Assembly: GCF_964194155.1 (NCBI RefSeq)
Contig: NC_135897.1
Coordinates: 80,538,001 to 80,602,000 of the forward strand
Direction of reading: 5' to 3'
Length of the DNA: 64,000 nt
Origin: Cetorhinus maximus
Lineage: Eukaryota
The notes under the pieces were generated by a model that was given only the letters and a program-made list of their open reading frames with translations, made no database searches and was not told the origin of the DNA. Made by a program: the position numbers and the translations under genes. How positions within the stretch are numbered: position 1 is the first letter of the stretch; each line of letters begins with the position of its first letter. Shown piece by piece: positions 38,205 to 49,078 of this stretch.

Positions 38205-39597
38205 GCATAGCGGATTGGCTAACTAATTGAAGACAGAGGGCAGGATTTTCAGGTCGTTGGGCGGGCGCGGGAGTGGCTGGGAAACAGCCCGCCGACCCCG
38301 ATGGGCCCCGACCACGATTTCACACTGGCTGGCCAATTAACAGCCAGCCAGTGTGAATGGCGCATTGAGAAGCTCAGCGCTGCCGGGTTGGAGGTGGGAG
38401 GACGGCGAGCGCAAAAGTCTGCGCATGCCGGGGGAGCTCGCAATGAAAGCTCCCTGAAGGCAGAGAGCTGCCACAGGGGGCTGAAGAATTGTAAAATCAA
38501 AAATCCAGATTTTGAAAATTGGAAAAAAAATGGAAAATGGAAAAAAATGTCCCTGCATAGGACTCCCTGACATGAACAGAAACATTATAAAAATTATGTC
38601 AAAACATTTTTATTTATTTAAAATTAATGTCGGAAAACTCACCCCTCCCATGGATGAGGTTTCCTAAAAATCCCAAAGGCTGCCTGGCCGATTTGCCCGC
38701 CCACCAACCATAAGGTTGGACGGGCAGCGAAAAATAACAGTTAATTAACACATTAATGGCCTTAATAGGCCTCTTAATTATTGGTGGGCGCGCTGCGGAT
38801 GTTTGCGCGCTCCCGCCGACCGAAATATCGCATAAGTGCACAATGACGTCGGGATGTGCACTATTTCATGCTCGGGCGTGTCAGGCATGTGCCCCCACGC
38901 CGAGCAGAAAATCCTGCCCAGAGAGTTGGGATAAGGGGGGCATTTTCGGGATGGCAACCTGTGGAATGCCACAGGGATCAGTGCTGGGGCCACAATTATT
39001 TACAATATATATCAATAACTTGGATGAAGGAAATGAACGTACTGTCGCCAAATTTGCGGATGACACAAAAATAGGTGGGAAGGCAAGGGGTGAGGATGAC
39101 ATAAAGAGTCTACAGAGGGATGCATACAGATTAAGTGAGTGGGCAAAAACTTGGCAGATGGAATATAATGTGGGAAATATAAAGTTATGCACTTTGACAG
39201 AAGGAGCAGAGGAGCTGAATATTATTTAAATGGAGAAAGACTGCAAAAAGCTGCAGCACAGAGGGATATGGGGGGGTCCTCATGCATGAATCACAAAAAG
39301 CTAGCATACAAGTTCAGCAGGTAATAGGGAAGGCAAATGGAATGTTGGCCTTTATTTCAAAGGGAATGGGGTATTAAAATAGGGAAGTCTTGCTAAAGCT
39401 ATACAAGGCACTAGTTAGACCACACCTAGAATACTGTGAACAGTTTTGGTCCCCTTATCTAAGGAAAGAAATACTAGCATTGGAGGTAGTCCAGAGAAGG
39501 GTCACTAGGCTGATCCAGGATATGGAGGGATTTCCTTATGAGGGGAGGTTGAATAGATTGGGCCTGTACTTATTGGAATTTAGGAGAATGAGAGGCA
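38205..39597 (+). mobile_element. CR1 RT fragment interrupted by a MITE
   Basis: GMPQGSVLGPQLFTIYINNLD..KFADDTKIGG, LVRPHLEYCEQFWSPY. Confidence 0.9.
38238..38919. mobile_element. Complete Harbinger-type MITE (682 bp)
   Basis: Perfect 13-bp TIR GGGCAGGATTTTC / GAAAATCCTGCCC and 3-bp TSD AGA; removing it restores CR1 RT DWLTN*RQRVGI. Confidence 0.92.
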
Positions 39598-40308
39598 ACC
39601 AGGCGCATTTTTGGGGTACACCCCCAGATACACTGTCCTGGAGCTCGGAAGTTATGGCCCTAAGTAGATTAACCACACAAAGGGTCAGAACCTCTGAGGA
39701 GTTGCAATCACAGTCGGATTACCACTCCACTCCTTTTTACTTAGACTAGAATGCAGTTGCACCTTCCTTGCTTTACCTTGTGCCTCGAGCCGGGTGAGAA
39801 ATGTGCAGTGTATCGGGTTCCTGAGGTCTTCAGTCTTCTGCAGCAGAGTTGAATGAAAGGAAGCCATGCCCCTTTTTTTACTACACTAGTTTCCGTAAAG
39901 CAGATAAGTTTAAAGGTCCCAGCCACTTTGCGAAGCCAGGGAGAAGGTAAGTGTGTAAGTTAAAGTAAGTGGGTAGGATGGGGGTGGTTGGGGTGGAGGT
40001 TGGATGGTCAGGGGTGTCAGATGGTCGGGGGTTTGGGTGATCAGTGTGGGGTGGGGGTTGGATGGTCAGTGGGGGCAGGAGTTGGGTGGGGGAAAGTCAG
40101 GAGGTCGGGGGTGAGGAGGGTAGCTGGGGGTCTGGAGAGTAGTCGTGCGGTGGGGGGTAGTAGAGATGTCTGGAGGGGAGGTGGGCAGGGTAGCTGGGGG
40201 CTATTCGGGGGAATCGGGAGGGTAGTCAGGGTTGAGGGTAGTGTGGGGTGGGGCTGTGGGGTAGCCAGGTGTAAGGATAGGCTATTTGGGGGTCGAGCAG
40301 GTAGATGG

Positions 40309-42031
40309 TGTTGTTATATGGCTTTAGGGGAAATCGACATGACATCATTAGAAGGGAAATATGTTGTGTGATCCAGTCTTAGTTTCACTTTTTGATTTGA
40401 GCAGAGCACACACACACAGCTCTGATGCCTTTAAGCTCTCTAAGTAAGTATAACTGTTCTCAAGTGTCTCATCTTAATAAATCAACCCACAACGTGTTTA
40501 TCCAATCACTTATGAGCGATTGGTGCCTTACGTCTTGTACAGTAAAATAAGCCCAAGGTATTATTTCATTATAATAACATGACATAGTGATCAGCGGTGC
40601 TGAGACAGGTGGCAGCAAGATTAAATACAGGTGTGACATGGTGAACAGCCTTAGATCATACTACACAGCATGAGATGACTCTCAAGATTTTGGACAGACT
40701 GCAATGGAGTCACAGCGTTATTGTGTTGAAAATGCAGCATGGTGACTGCGAAGAAAAGCTTTGGAGACACAGCTCAGAGCTAGTGCTCAAGTAAAGAGCT
40801 GGTAAGCAGATGGATCCCTCGTGTTGAGATTGCAGCGCATAGCCTGCCAGTTCTGTGAGTGGAACAGCACGTCGAGAGGACCAGCACTGTATCAGCTCAG
40901 TCGGGAAAGACAAGTGACTAGGGTGTGGATCGGATCGATAGCGAGCAAGGGAGAGTCAAACAAAAATAAGTCATACAACTTGGGCCAGAGAGGGTTGCCA
41001 TTAACAAAGGTGGCTTCAGGAGTAAGCTGAACAGTAAAGTGAACAAAAGCAAAGACCTCATTACTCTGTGGTGCATTTCCGCCACAACTCATTTCTGTGG
41101 GCTGAGCTTCAGAAAAGCATGCAAAAGCGGCTACAGCGACACTTATCAAAGGTACTACAGAAGAAGGAAGGTCAAAGGGATATGGTCAGAATCCACAAAA
41201 TTCCCCAGTTTGAATTAGGATGCAGCTGACCTACTATCCAAATTCAAAATTTAAACAGCGTACAGAGCTATGGTTTCTTGATTCAGGTATATCTGAACCA
41301 GACAAGCAAGTCATAAAAATTCGCCGAGCAATTGAGAATGAAGGTCTACACAGACTGAATACGTCAAGATTAACAGAAGAAGAGCTAAAGGATCCCCAAC
41401 AGATATGAACTACATTAGAAGACCTGTTCAAAATCAAATTCAACTTCCGCATTTATTGACTGGAGTTTATGTCATTTCGACAACAGCCTACAGAACCCAT
41501 AGACCACTTTGTCAGCAGATGCAGAGAAAAGGGTATGTACTGTGGTTTTCAAATGTAGACCTAGCAGACAGAATTGTTGAGTTGGTGATCACATCCACTC
41601 CCATGGAAGCTTTCCAGAAAGATCTGCTCAACAAACACAAAACGTATAGCATCAATGAGCTACTCAAGGATGAACGTAAGCACAAAGCCATCCTTGCAGG
41701 TTGACAAAGCTTGCAAGTCCTTAGTACAACCCCAATTCTTGATGCACTCACTAGGACACCCAAACCTATCAAGACATGTGGAAGGTGTGGATTTCTTCAT
41801 GTATCAAGGAAATGCCCAGCTTTTCATCAATTCTGCAAGGCTTGTGGCAGAAAGGGCCATTGGCAGCGGCAGTGCACTAGAGCAAATGCTGATGCAGCTA
41901 CAAAGAGCCGTGCACTGATCCAAACAGAGTATACGCAACGGGTACCTTCAAGCAATAAGAATGACCATCCGGTATCCCGTCAGAAACATAAGCATGAGCC
42001 CAAGATATTATATCATTATAGTAACACGACA
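40309..42031 (+). mobile_element. Internally deleted Ty3/Gypsy LTR retrotransposon
   Basis: 5' LTR ~40309-40584 (TGTTG...ATGACA); its last ~34 bp recur at 41998-42031 (CCCAAGATATTATATCATTATAGTAACACGACA); PBS-like TAGTGATCAGCGGTG; gag relic; flanks GATGG/GTCGG may be a decayed TSD. Confidence 0.8.
41181..41995 (+). pseudogene. Gypsy Gag with two CCHC zinc knuckles, disrupted
   Basis: FKQRTELWF, RQQPTEPIDHFVSRCREK, CGRCGFLHVSRKCPA, CKACGRKGHWQRQC; stops and frameshifts; no pol. Confidence 0.85.
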
Positions 42032-42191
42032 GTCGGAGGGGGGGATCCCATGGAGGGATGGGAGCGGGAGGTGGGGGAGATCATAATTGTACTTACCCAG
42101 GAGTTAAAAGTGATTTAATCCTTCTAAGCTATCTTGGGTAACTATTCTGCTAAGACGGTTGGAACCATCCAGAGTCTCTGATTTAAATCAG

Positions 42192-42955
42192 AGGCCTGAA
42201 TTTTACACTTGCGCCACCGGCAGGTTTTTAGGCAGGAGTGGAGGAGCGTGAAATTGAAGGAACAGGATTCCTCCAGGTTCCTGACCGCTCCGATCATACA
42301 ACGATTGTATGCAAGGCCTCATACAGGAAGCTTGACCTTGCTCCAGTTGAGGCCACTTAAGGGCTGTTTCTGCCCAGACCCCATTTTTAGGCTGGCAGTA
42401 GGATTGACATTGCATGGAGCAAGCCCGAAAATCAACCGACTTAGATCTCAGGCGGGTGAGGCGGGTGAGGGGTCGGGGGGGGGTTGCCTCCATGAGAAGC
42501 ACCCTTCCTGAAGTCGGCTGCCCCGACCCCCTTTAAGCTCCGCTGGCTCTGGACCTACCCCCACTGCGGCCTTTCCCCTGAGACCCGGATCGCTCCTTCG
42601 TTCCCTCTCCCAGGCCTTGCCTATCCTCCCCGCCCAGGTTCCCTTAAAGATTCCCTTTAAGCTTCACTGGGGCTCCGGTGCCCGGACTTAGCCTCAGGCA
42701 CCCTGATGCACTTCCTCTTCTGTCCGCTACAGGTCCTGTCACTGCAGGGACGGGAGAGCTGCCGGCCAATCAGATTGCCTGGCAGCTCTCTAAGGCGGGA
42801 CTTCCCCGTGAGGGACAGAAGTCCCACCTGCAGTCACTTAACGCTCATTCGACCTTGAAATTGCTGCAAGACACTCAGACCTGGTGGGGATGTGTTCCCC
42901 GCCAACTCTTCGGATGGTGGGAAGCGAGACCCTGCCATCTGAAAAATTCGGACCC
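42192..42955. mobile_element. Harbinger-type MITE
   Basis: Ends AGGCCTGAATTTT / AAAATTCGGACCC; CCAATCAGATTG..AGGCGGGACTTCC motif. Confidence 0.7.
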
Positions 42956-43319
42956 GAGTATTGGATGGTTCCCAGTGCAGGGTGATTGCTCATCAGAAGT
43001 TTAAGCTTCCTGGGCAATTCTCATGATGTCCTTGAGTGGGGCCTTCCGTGGGAGTCCGCTAGTACATATTCTGGGATATCTTCTGGGTACGGCTCTCTGG
43101 AGATTGGAAGTTATATGTCAAAATGTTTTATGGATACTTGACTTGCCTTTAAACCCTTGGATCCTGCTGCTCCTTCCTCTACTTTGATTATGTTGTCATT
43201 CTGACATCACTTATTAAGTTCTCTGTTGGTTTGGTCTGCTCTTGCTGCTTTATAGACTGATTACATAGGATATACAGCACAGAAACCGGCCATTGGGCCC
43301 AACTAGTTTATACCAGTGC

Positions 43320-43612
43320 TTTTTTTTAAAACAATCTGTTAATTTTATTTTATAACATCAAAAACTGCATAAAACACATTCCAAAACAAAGTTCCGTAAT
43401 TGATAAAACAAACAGGTATTCCCTGAAACATGAAAGCTTGAAAATCATTCACTGACGACTGACAAAGCCAAAACTTCAACACAGCCGCCAGTCACCAGTC
43501 ATCACTGTTCTTCAGTTGGGGGCTTCACTTGGACCTTGCCTTCATCTTCCTCCGCTTGTGCTTCAATCTGCGCATCTGTTTCTTCCTCCACTTGGCCCTC
43601 ATGGTCTGGAAG
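43320..43612 (-). pseudogene. RPL41: Processed (retro) copy of ribosomal protein L41 mRNA; CDS 43525-43602
   Basis: The - strand reads [25 protein letters not shown] (canonical [22 protein letters not shown]/ARSK); no introns; ~200-nt 3' UTR, AATAAA at 43344-43349, A8 tail at 43320-43327. Confidence 0.95.
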
Positions 43613-43739
43613 CTAAGCAGCTCCCACTCACTTTAAGGTTGCAATGCGCATACAATGAAAATTTGTGGGCAATCTTCCAATTTCCTTGAGATCAGGAATG
43701 ATTTACTCAAAATGCTCCTGTTTATTTAATAAATAAATT

Positions 43740-43821
43740 CGCTATGAGCAGGGCTTAAACCTGCACGGGGAAACCCCATTTGATTTCAATTCCAATGCCT
43801 TAACCACTTGGCCATCACAGC
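43740..43821 (-). tRNA. tRNA-Ser pseudogene (anticodon reads TGA; may be CpG-decayed CGA)
   Basis: 82 nt GCTGTGATGGCCAAGTGGTTAAGGCATTGGAATTGAAATCAAATGGGGTTTCCCCGTGCAGGTTTAAGCCCTGCTCATAGCG; long variable arm GGGG-TTT-CCCC; T-loop/B box damaged; no CCA. Confidence 0.88.
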
Positions 43822-43860
43822 TGTGTTAAATTCAGGCAGTTCAGCTGCAGGGAAACACCA

Positions 43861-43888
43861 TGAGCCTGACGTGATTTGAACACGCAAC
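43861..43888 (-). tRNA. 3' fragment of tRNA-Trp
   Basis: GTTGCGTGTTCAAATCACGTCAGGCTCA vs the remembered vertebrate tRNA-Trp 3' end GTTGCGTGTTCAAATCACGTCGGGGTCA (26/28); 5' truncated, no CCA. Confidence 0.8.
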
Positions 43889-44094
43889 TTATACTTCACT
43901 CGAGCTTCCTCCCATCTTTTCTGACCTAAATCTACCATTGTAACCATCAATTCCCTTCTTCCTCAAATGCTTGCTTAGCTTCCCCTTAAAGGCATCAGAA
44001 CTATTGATTTCAAACACTCCCTATGGATGTGAGTTCCAAATTCTCAGCACTTTTAGGGTAAAGTTTCTTTGAAATTCCCCACTGAAATTTTTTT

Positions 44095-45925
44095 TTTATT
44101 CATTCATGTGATGTGGGCTTCACTGTCTGGGCCAGCATTTACTGCCCATCCTTAGTTGCCCTTGAGAAGGTGGTGGTGAGCTGCCTTCTTGAACCACTGC
44201 AGTCCATGTGGTATAGGTACACCCACAGTGCTGTTAGAAAGGAAGTCCGAGGATTTTGACCCAGCGACAGTGAAGGAACGGCAATATATTTCCAAGTCAG
44301 GATGGTGAGTGACTTGGAGGGGAATTTCCAGGATAGTTCCCATCTGTCTGCTGCCCTTGTCCTTCTAAGCGGTAGTGGTCATGGGTTTGGAAGGTGCTGT
44401 CTAAGGAGCCTTGGTGAATTCCTGTAGTGCATCTTGTAGATGGTATACACTGCTGCTGCTGTGCATCAGTGGTGGAGGGAGTGAATGTTTGTGGATGTGG
44501 TGCCGATCAAGCAGACTGCTTTGTTCTGGACGGTGTCCAGCTTCTTCAATGTTGTGGGAACTGCACTCATCCAGGCAAGTGGGGAGTACCCCATCACACT
44601 CCTGACTTTTGACTTGTGGATGGTGGACAGGCTTTGGGGAGTCAGGAGATGAGTTACTCAGAATCACACAGTGCAGAAGAGGCCCTTCGGCCCATCAAGT
44701 CTGCACCGACACATGATAAACACTTGACCTACCTACCTAATCCCATTTACCAGCACTTGGCCCATAGCCTTGAATGTTATGACATGCCAAGTGCTCATCC
44801 AGGTACTTTTTAAAGGATGTGAGGCAACCCGCCTCCACCACCCTCCCAGGTAGTGCATTCCAGACCGTCACCACCCTCTGGGTAATAAAGTTTTTCCTCA
44901 CATCCCCCTAAACCTCCTGCCCCTCACCTTGAACTTATGTCTCCCCGTGACTGACCCTTCAACTAAAGGCAATAGCTGCTCCCTATCCACCCTGTCCATG
45001 CCCCTCATAATCCTGTACACCTCGATCAGGTCGCCCCTCAATCTTCTCTGCTCCAACGAAAACAACCCAAGTCTATCCAACCTCTCTTCATAACTTAAAT
45101 GTTTCATCCCAGGCAACATCCTGGTGAATCTCCTCTGCACCCCCACCAGTGCAATCACATCCTTCCTAAAATGTGGCGACCAGAACTGCACACATTACTC
45201 CAGCTGTGGCCTCACCAAGGTTCTATACAACTCCAACATGATCTCCCTACTTTTGTAATGTATGCCTCGATTGATAAAGGCAAGTGTCCCATATGCCTTT
45301 TTCATCACCCCACTAACATGCCCCTCTGCCTTCAGGAATATCTGCATGATTCCTAGCCTCTGACCTGTTCTTGTAGCCACAGTATTTATATGGCTAGTCC
45401 AGTTCAGTTTCTGGTCAATGGTAACACCCAGGATGTTGATAGTGGGGGATTCAGTGATGGTAATGCCATTGAACATCAAGGGGCGATGGTTGGATTCTCA
45501 CTTGTTGGAGATGGTCATTGCCTTACATTTGTGTGGCTCGAATGTTACTTGCCACTTGTCAGCCCAAACCTGGATATTGTCCAGGTCTTGCTGCATTTGG
45601 ACATGGACTGTTTCAGTATCTAAGGAGTAATGAATGATGCTGAACATTGTGCAATCATCAGCAAACATCCCTACTTCTGACCTTATGATGAAAGGAAGGT
45701 CATTGATGAAGCAGCTGAAGATGGTTGGGCCTAGGACACTACCTTGAGGACTCCTGCAGTGATATCCTGGAGCTGAGATGACTGACCTTCAACAATGACC
45801 TTCCCTTGTGCTAGGTATGACTCCAGCCAGTGGGGAGTTTTCTCCCTGATTCCCATTGACTCCAGTTTTGCTAGGGCTCCTTGATGCCACACCCGGTCAA
45901 ATGCTGTCTTGATGTCAAGGGCAGT
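44095..45925 (-). mobile_element. Second LINE family 3' part with a young CR1 nested inside
   Basis: ALDIKTAFDRVWHQGALAKL, MFADDCT, ILGVTIDQKLNWTSHI, WFKKAAHHHLLKGN, (ATGA)n/A tail. Confidence 0.88.
44660..45335 (-). mobile_element. 5'-truncated CR1, same subfamily as 8151-12230
   Basis: Near-identical by eye to 8161-8838 (AGAATCACAC...CCCTCTGCCTTCAG). Confidence 0.93.
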
Positions 45926-46079
45926 CTTATATTGATGGCCTCTTGCTCTTCCCCACAAGAGGAAGCATTCTCTCTGTATCCAGCTTATAAAAACCTTTCA
46001 GAATTTTAAGGACCTTCATTAGGTCATCTCTCAGCCTTCATTTTTTCAAGAGAAAAAAGACCCAGCCTGTCAGTCCTTT

Positions 46080-46785
46080 GGGGTGGAATTTTATGCTCTC
46101 TCTCGAGTCATGTTTGGAGGTGAGGAGGGCAATTAATGAGGCATGAGGTGGCAGGCAAGCACCTACTGCCTTCCTGCCTCTGCCAAAATTAAGTCCGGAA
46201 CAGGAAGGTCCATGGTTGGACTTCCCGCCCCACCGTCAATTGAAACCCTTAAGTGAGCAGTTAATGGTGTTAGTATTAACCTAGCGGTAGGTAGGCTAGT
46301 TACCATGTGGGGAGCACGGCAAGCAGACCTGTGCAGCTGACTGAGGTCTCCCGGAGGGTGGTCCCTTCTTCAAAGGCACTCAATGCTTGATTGAGGGATC
46401 CTGCATCGGGAAGGGGGAACCTGCTGAGAACCATCCCTCCTGCCCTTGCTGCCAACCCACCTACACCCTCTTCATCTCAAACCTCATTCCACAAAACCCC
46501 TCCTACCATTACTGACCTGTATCCTGAGCCTCTGGCAGCTGTCGTTCCGTTCCCAGTGACTTTGCTAAGCGAAAGAGCTGCTGGCCTCTGATTGGTTGGC
46601 AGTTCTTAGTGGATCGGATTTCTGTTCCATGCATCCTTGATCCTGAGAGAGAGACCCACCACTGGTCACTTAAGTGCCTGAGAGACATTTTATACTTGCA
46701 GGCCTTCCCAGAGGAGGCCACATGGGCCTCTCATCAACTCTCCAGCCAGCAGCTGAGGCCCTGAGGCATTCATAAAATGCACTCA
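46080..46785. mobile_element. Harbinger-type MITE inside a CR1 fragment
   Basis: Ends GGGTGGAATTTTATG / CATAAAATGCACTC; interior resembles 14404-15344. Confidence 0.7.
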
Positions 46786-46869
46786 CCCAACATGTATACC
46801 CATGCATTTGTGGTATCATCCTTGTAAATCTTCTCTGCAATGAGCTGCTATCTCTTCGTGCAAGTAGGT

Positions 46870-47968
46870 AAGGAGGGAACCAATGGATTTGGTGACATAA
46901 AAATTCGATAAGGTACCATAAGAAAAGTTATTATACAAAGTTAAGGCTCATGGGATTATGGTAATAAATTAACATGGATTGAGGATTGGTTAATGGACGG
47001 AAAACAGAGGAGGGACACAAATGGGTCATTTTTGGGTTGGCAGGTGTTACTAGTGGGCCTCAGCTTTTTACAATCTAAATCAATGACTTAGATGACGGGA
47101 CAGAATGTAATATATCCAAGTTTGCTGATGATACAAGACTAAGTGGTAAAGTAAGCTGTGAGGAGTTTGCAAAGAGGCTGCAGATAAAGGATGTGGACAG
47201 CTAAAGTGAGTGGACGAGGAGATGGAATACACGAAGTTAAACACTTTGAGAAGGAAAATAGGAAAGCAGAATATTTTTTTAAAAGGTGAGAGACCAAGAA
47301 ACATTGAGAGGGTGCACTTCTACAAAATCATGGATAGCTAACATGCAGGTACAGCAAGCAATTAGGAAAGCAAATGGCATATTCAACTTTTTAAAAAGGG
47401 GTTACAGTATAAGAGTAAAGCTGTCTTATTGCAATTACATAGTGCATTGGTGACATCACATCAGAGTACTGTGCACAGCTTTGGCCTCCTTACATAAGGA
47501 AGGATATATTTCTGTGATGGGCAGATTGTTCTATGAGGAGAAATTGAGTAGACTAGGCCTATCTACTTTAGCATTTAGAAGAATGAGAGGTGATCTCATT
47601 GAAAGGTATAAAATGCTTCAGGGACTTGACAGGCCAAATGCTGGGAATATGTTTCCCTTGTCTGGTGATCTAACATCTGGGTTCACAGTCTCAAAATAAA
47701 GGATCAGCTATTTAGAACTGAGATGAGGAAACATTTCTTGCTCAAAGGGTTGTGAATCTTTGGAATTTTATACCCTAGAGAGCTGTGAATGCTGTATCAT
47801 TGATTTTATCACAGAAATCAATAGATTTTTATATAGTAAAGGGATTAAGGTATATGGGGATAGTATGAGACGATGGAGTTGCGGTTGAAGATGAGCAGTG
47901 ATTTTCTTGAATGTATAACAAGCTCGATGGACCAAAAGGCCTGCTCCTACTCCTATTTCTTATGTCCC
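46870..47968 (+). mobile_element. CR1 RT/3' fragment, old
   Basis: FDKVP, INDLDD..ISKFADDT, YEEKLSRLGL..RRMRGDLIE, 3' UTR. Confidence 0.85.
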
Positions 47969-47989
47969 TGTGTTGCACCTCTTGGGTAT

Positions 47990-49078
47990 CTGAAAGGAGA
48001 AAGGTACAAGAGTAAGGTGAGGGGAAGGGTTTTAATAAGAGGTACGTGCTTACAACTGCAACTTGTAAATCAGAGAAAGAGTGGAATGAGAGTGAGTTGG
48101 GATGTGAGAAGGAGGATCAGGTATGTGGATACACCTTCAATGGTTTCAGCCTCCCCATAGCCATGGTAATTGCTATCACTGTCTCCTCAAAAGGGATCAG
48201 GACATGTAGGTTTGCTTGTCGCTGCCAGTTAGTTTTTGCTGCCTCTGGATGTGCAACATGTTGTCCTGCAAGAGAGAGTGAGGTGTGTCAGTGAGTGTCA
48301 TGCAATCTGTTTTGCTTATGTGGCCTGTCATGATTGAATAGCTGGCAATGTGTGCAACCTTTGAGATGCAAGAGTGTCTTTTATAGCAGTGCTAAGTGTG
48401 TGAGGGTGCAGTACATGAATGTCATGCATGAGCTTTGATTGATAGAGATTGTTGGTAGCTGAGTAATGGAGTGTGGTGAACTGACCTGTGTCTGAGGCCA
48501 GTGGTGCAACAGCTCAGTATGGCACTTAAAGATGCATTCACTGACCTTAACCACTCGTGCGAGGTCATTGAATTTCTTGCAGTATTTCATCCATGTCCTT
48601 GGAACTTGTCTCCTGGCATTGACCTCCATGGGTATCTGGTCCCACTGCCTTCTGAGCGTGTGTTTGGAGGTCCTCCTTTCCCTTTGCAGATGCAGGAAAT
48701 CAATCTTCCTTTTTACTTCCTCCAGCAACCTACAGTGTAACGTCTAAACACCTTGTTGTGCCATTATTCATTGTTTCACAGGTCAGATTCACTTTCTCAT
48801 CACTGTTTCGGCCACATTGAACCTCACCGTTAAGGGGTACAGGTTACCCTTAAGCAGTACATGCTAGTTTTAACTAGTGCTCACCACTCACGATATTCGC
48901 ATCCAGAAATGATGGCCAGCCTATCAACAGCCTGGTTAACACTAGCTGGATGCTGAAATTATTTAGAACAGCAGGCAGTGTGAGGTTGGCATGTTAGCTG
49001 CATTGCATTGAACAGATGGGGATTAATCATGGCTTGCAATCCCCATGCATGATTTTGGGGACTATCAAATTTAGCCCC
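47990..49078 (-). mobile_element. Harbinger right end with Myb/SANT exon-1 relic (~48547-48770)
   Basis: LEEVKRK..TLRRQWDQIPMEVNARRQVPRTWMKYCKKFNDLARVVK followed by a GTCAGT donor; end CAAATTTAGCCCC. Confidence 0.75.

Larger units (their letters stand above)
37440..39660. mobile_element. Non-autonomous Harbinger element with nested CR1 and MITE
   Basis: TIRs GGGCCATTACTTCCGA / TCGGAAGTTATGGCCC (15/16 match) and TAA target duplication on both sides; G-rich interior. Confidence 0.85.
43262..44090 (-). mobile_element. CR1 3' end (43262-43319 and 43890-44090), host of the chimeric retrocopy
   Basis: TACATAGGATATACAGCACAGAAACCGGCCATTGGGCCC...CCAGTGCT resumes as TATACTTCACTCGAGCTTCCTCCC. Confidence 0.7.

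Noticed and set aside
43320-43740. Tx1/Dewa-type retrotransposon targeting tRNA spacers
   Set aside because: The polyadenylated sequence next to the tRNAs translates as RPL41, not a LINE ORF2 end.
43740-43821. Functional tRNA-Ser gene
   Set aside because: About a dozen differences from the remembered vertebrate sequence, including a broken T-loop/B box (GGTTTAAGCC) and an anticodon-stem mismatch; it lies inside an insertion.
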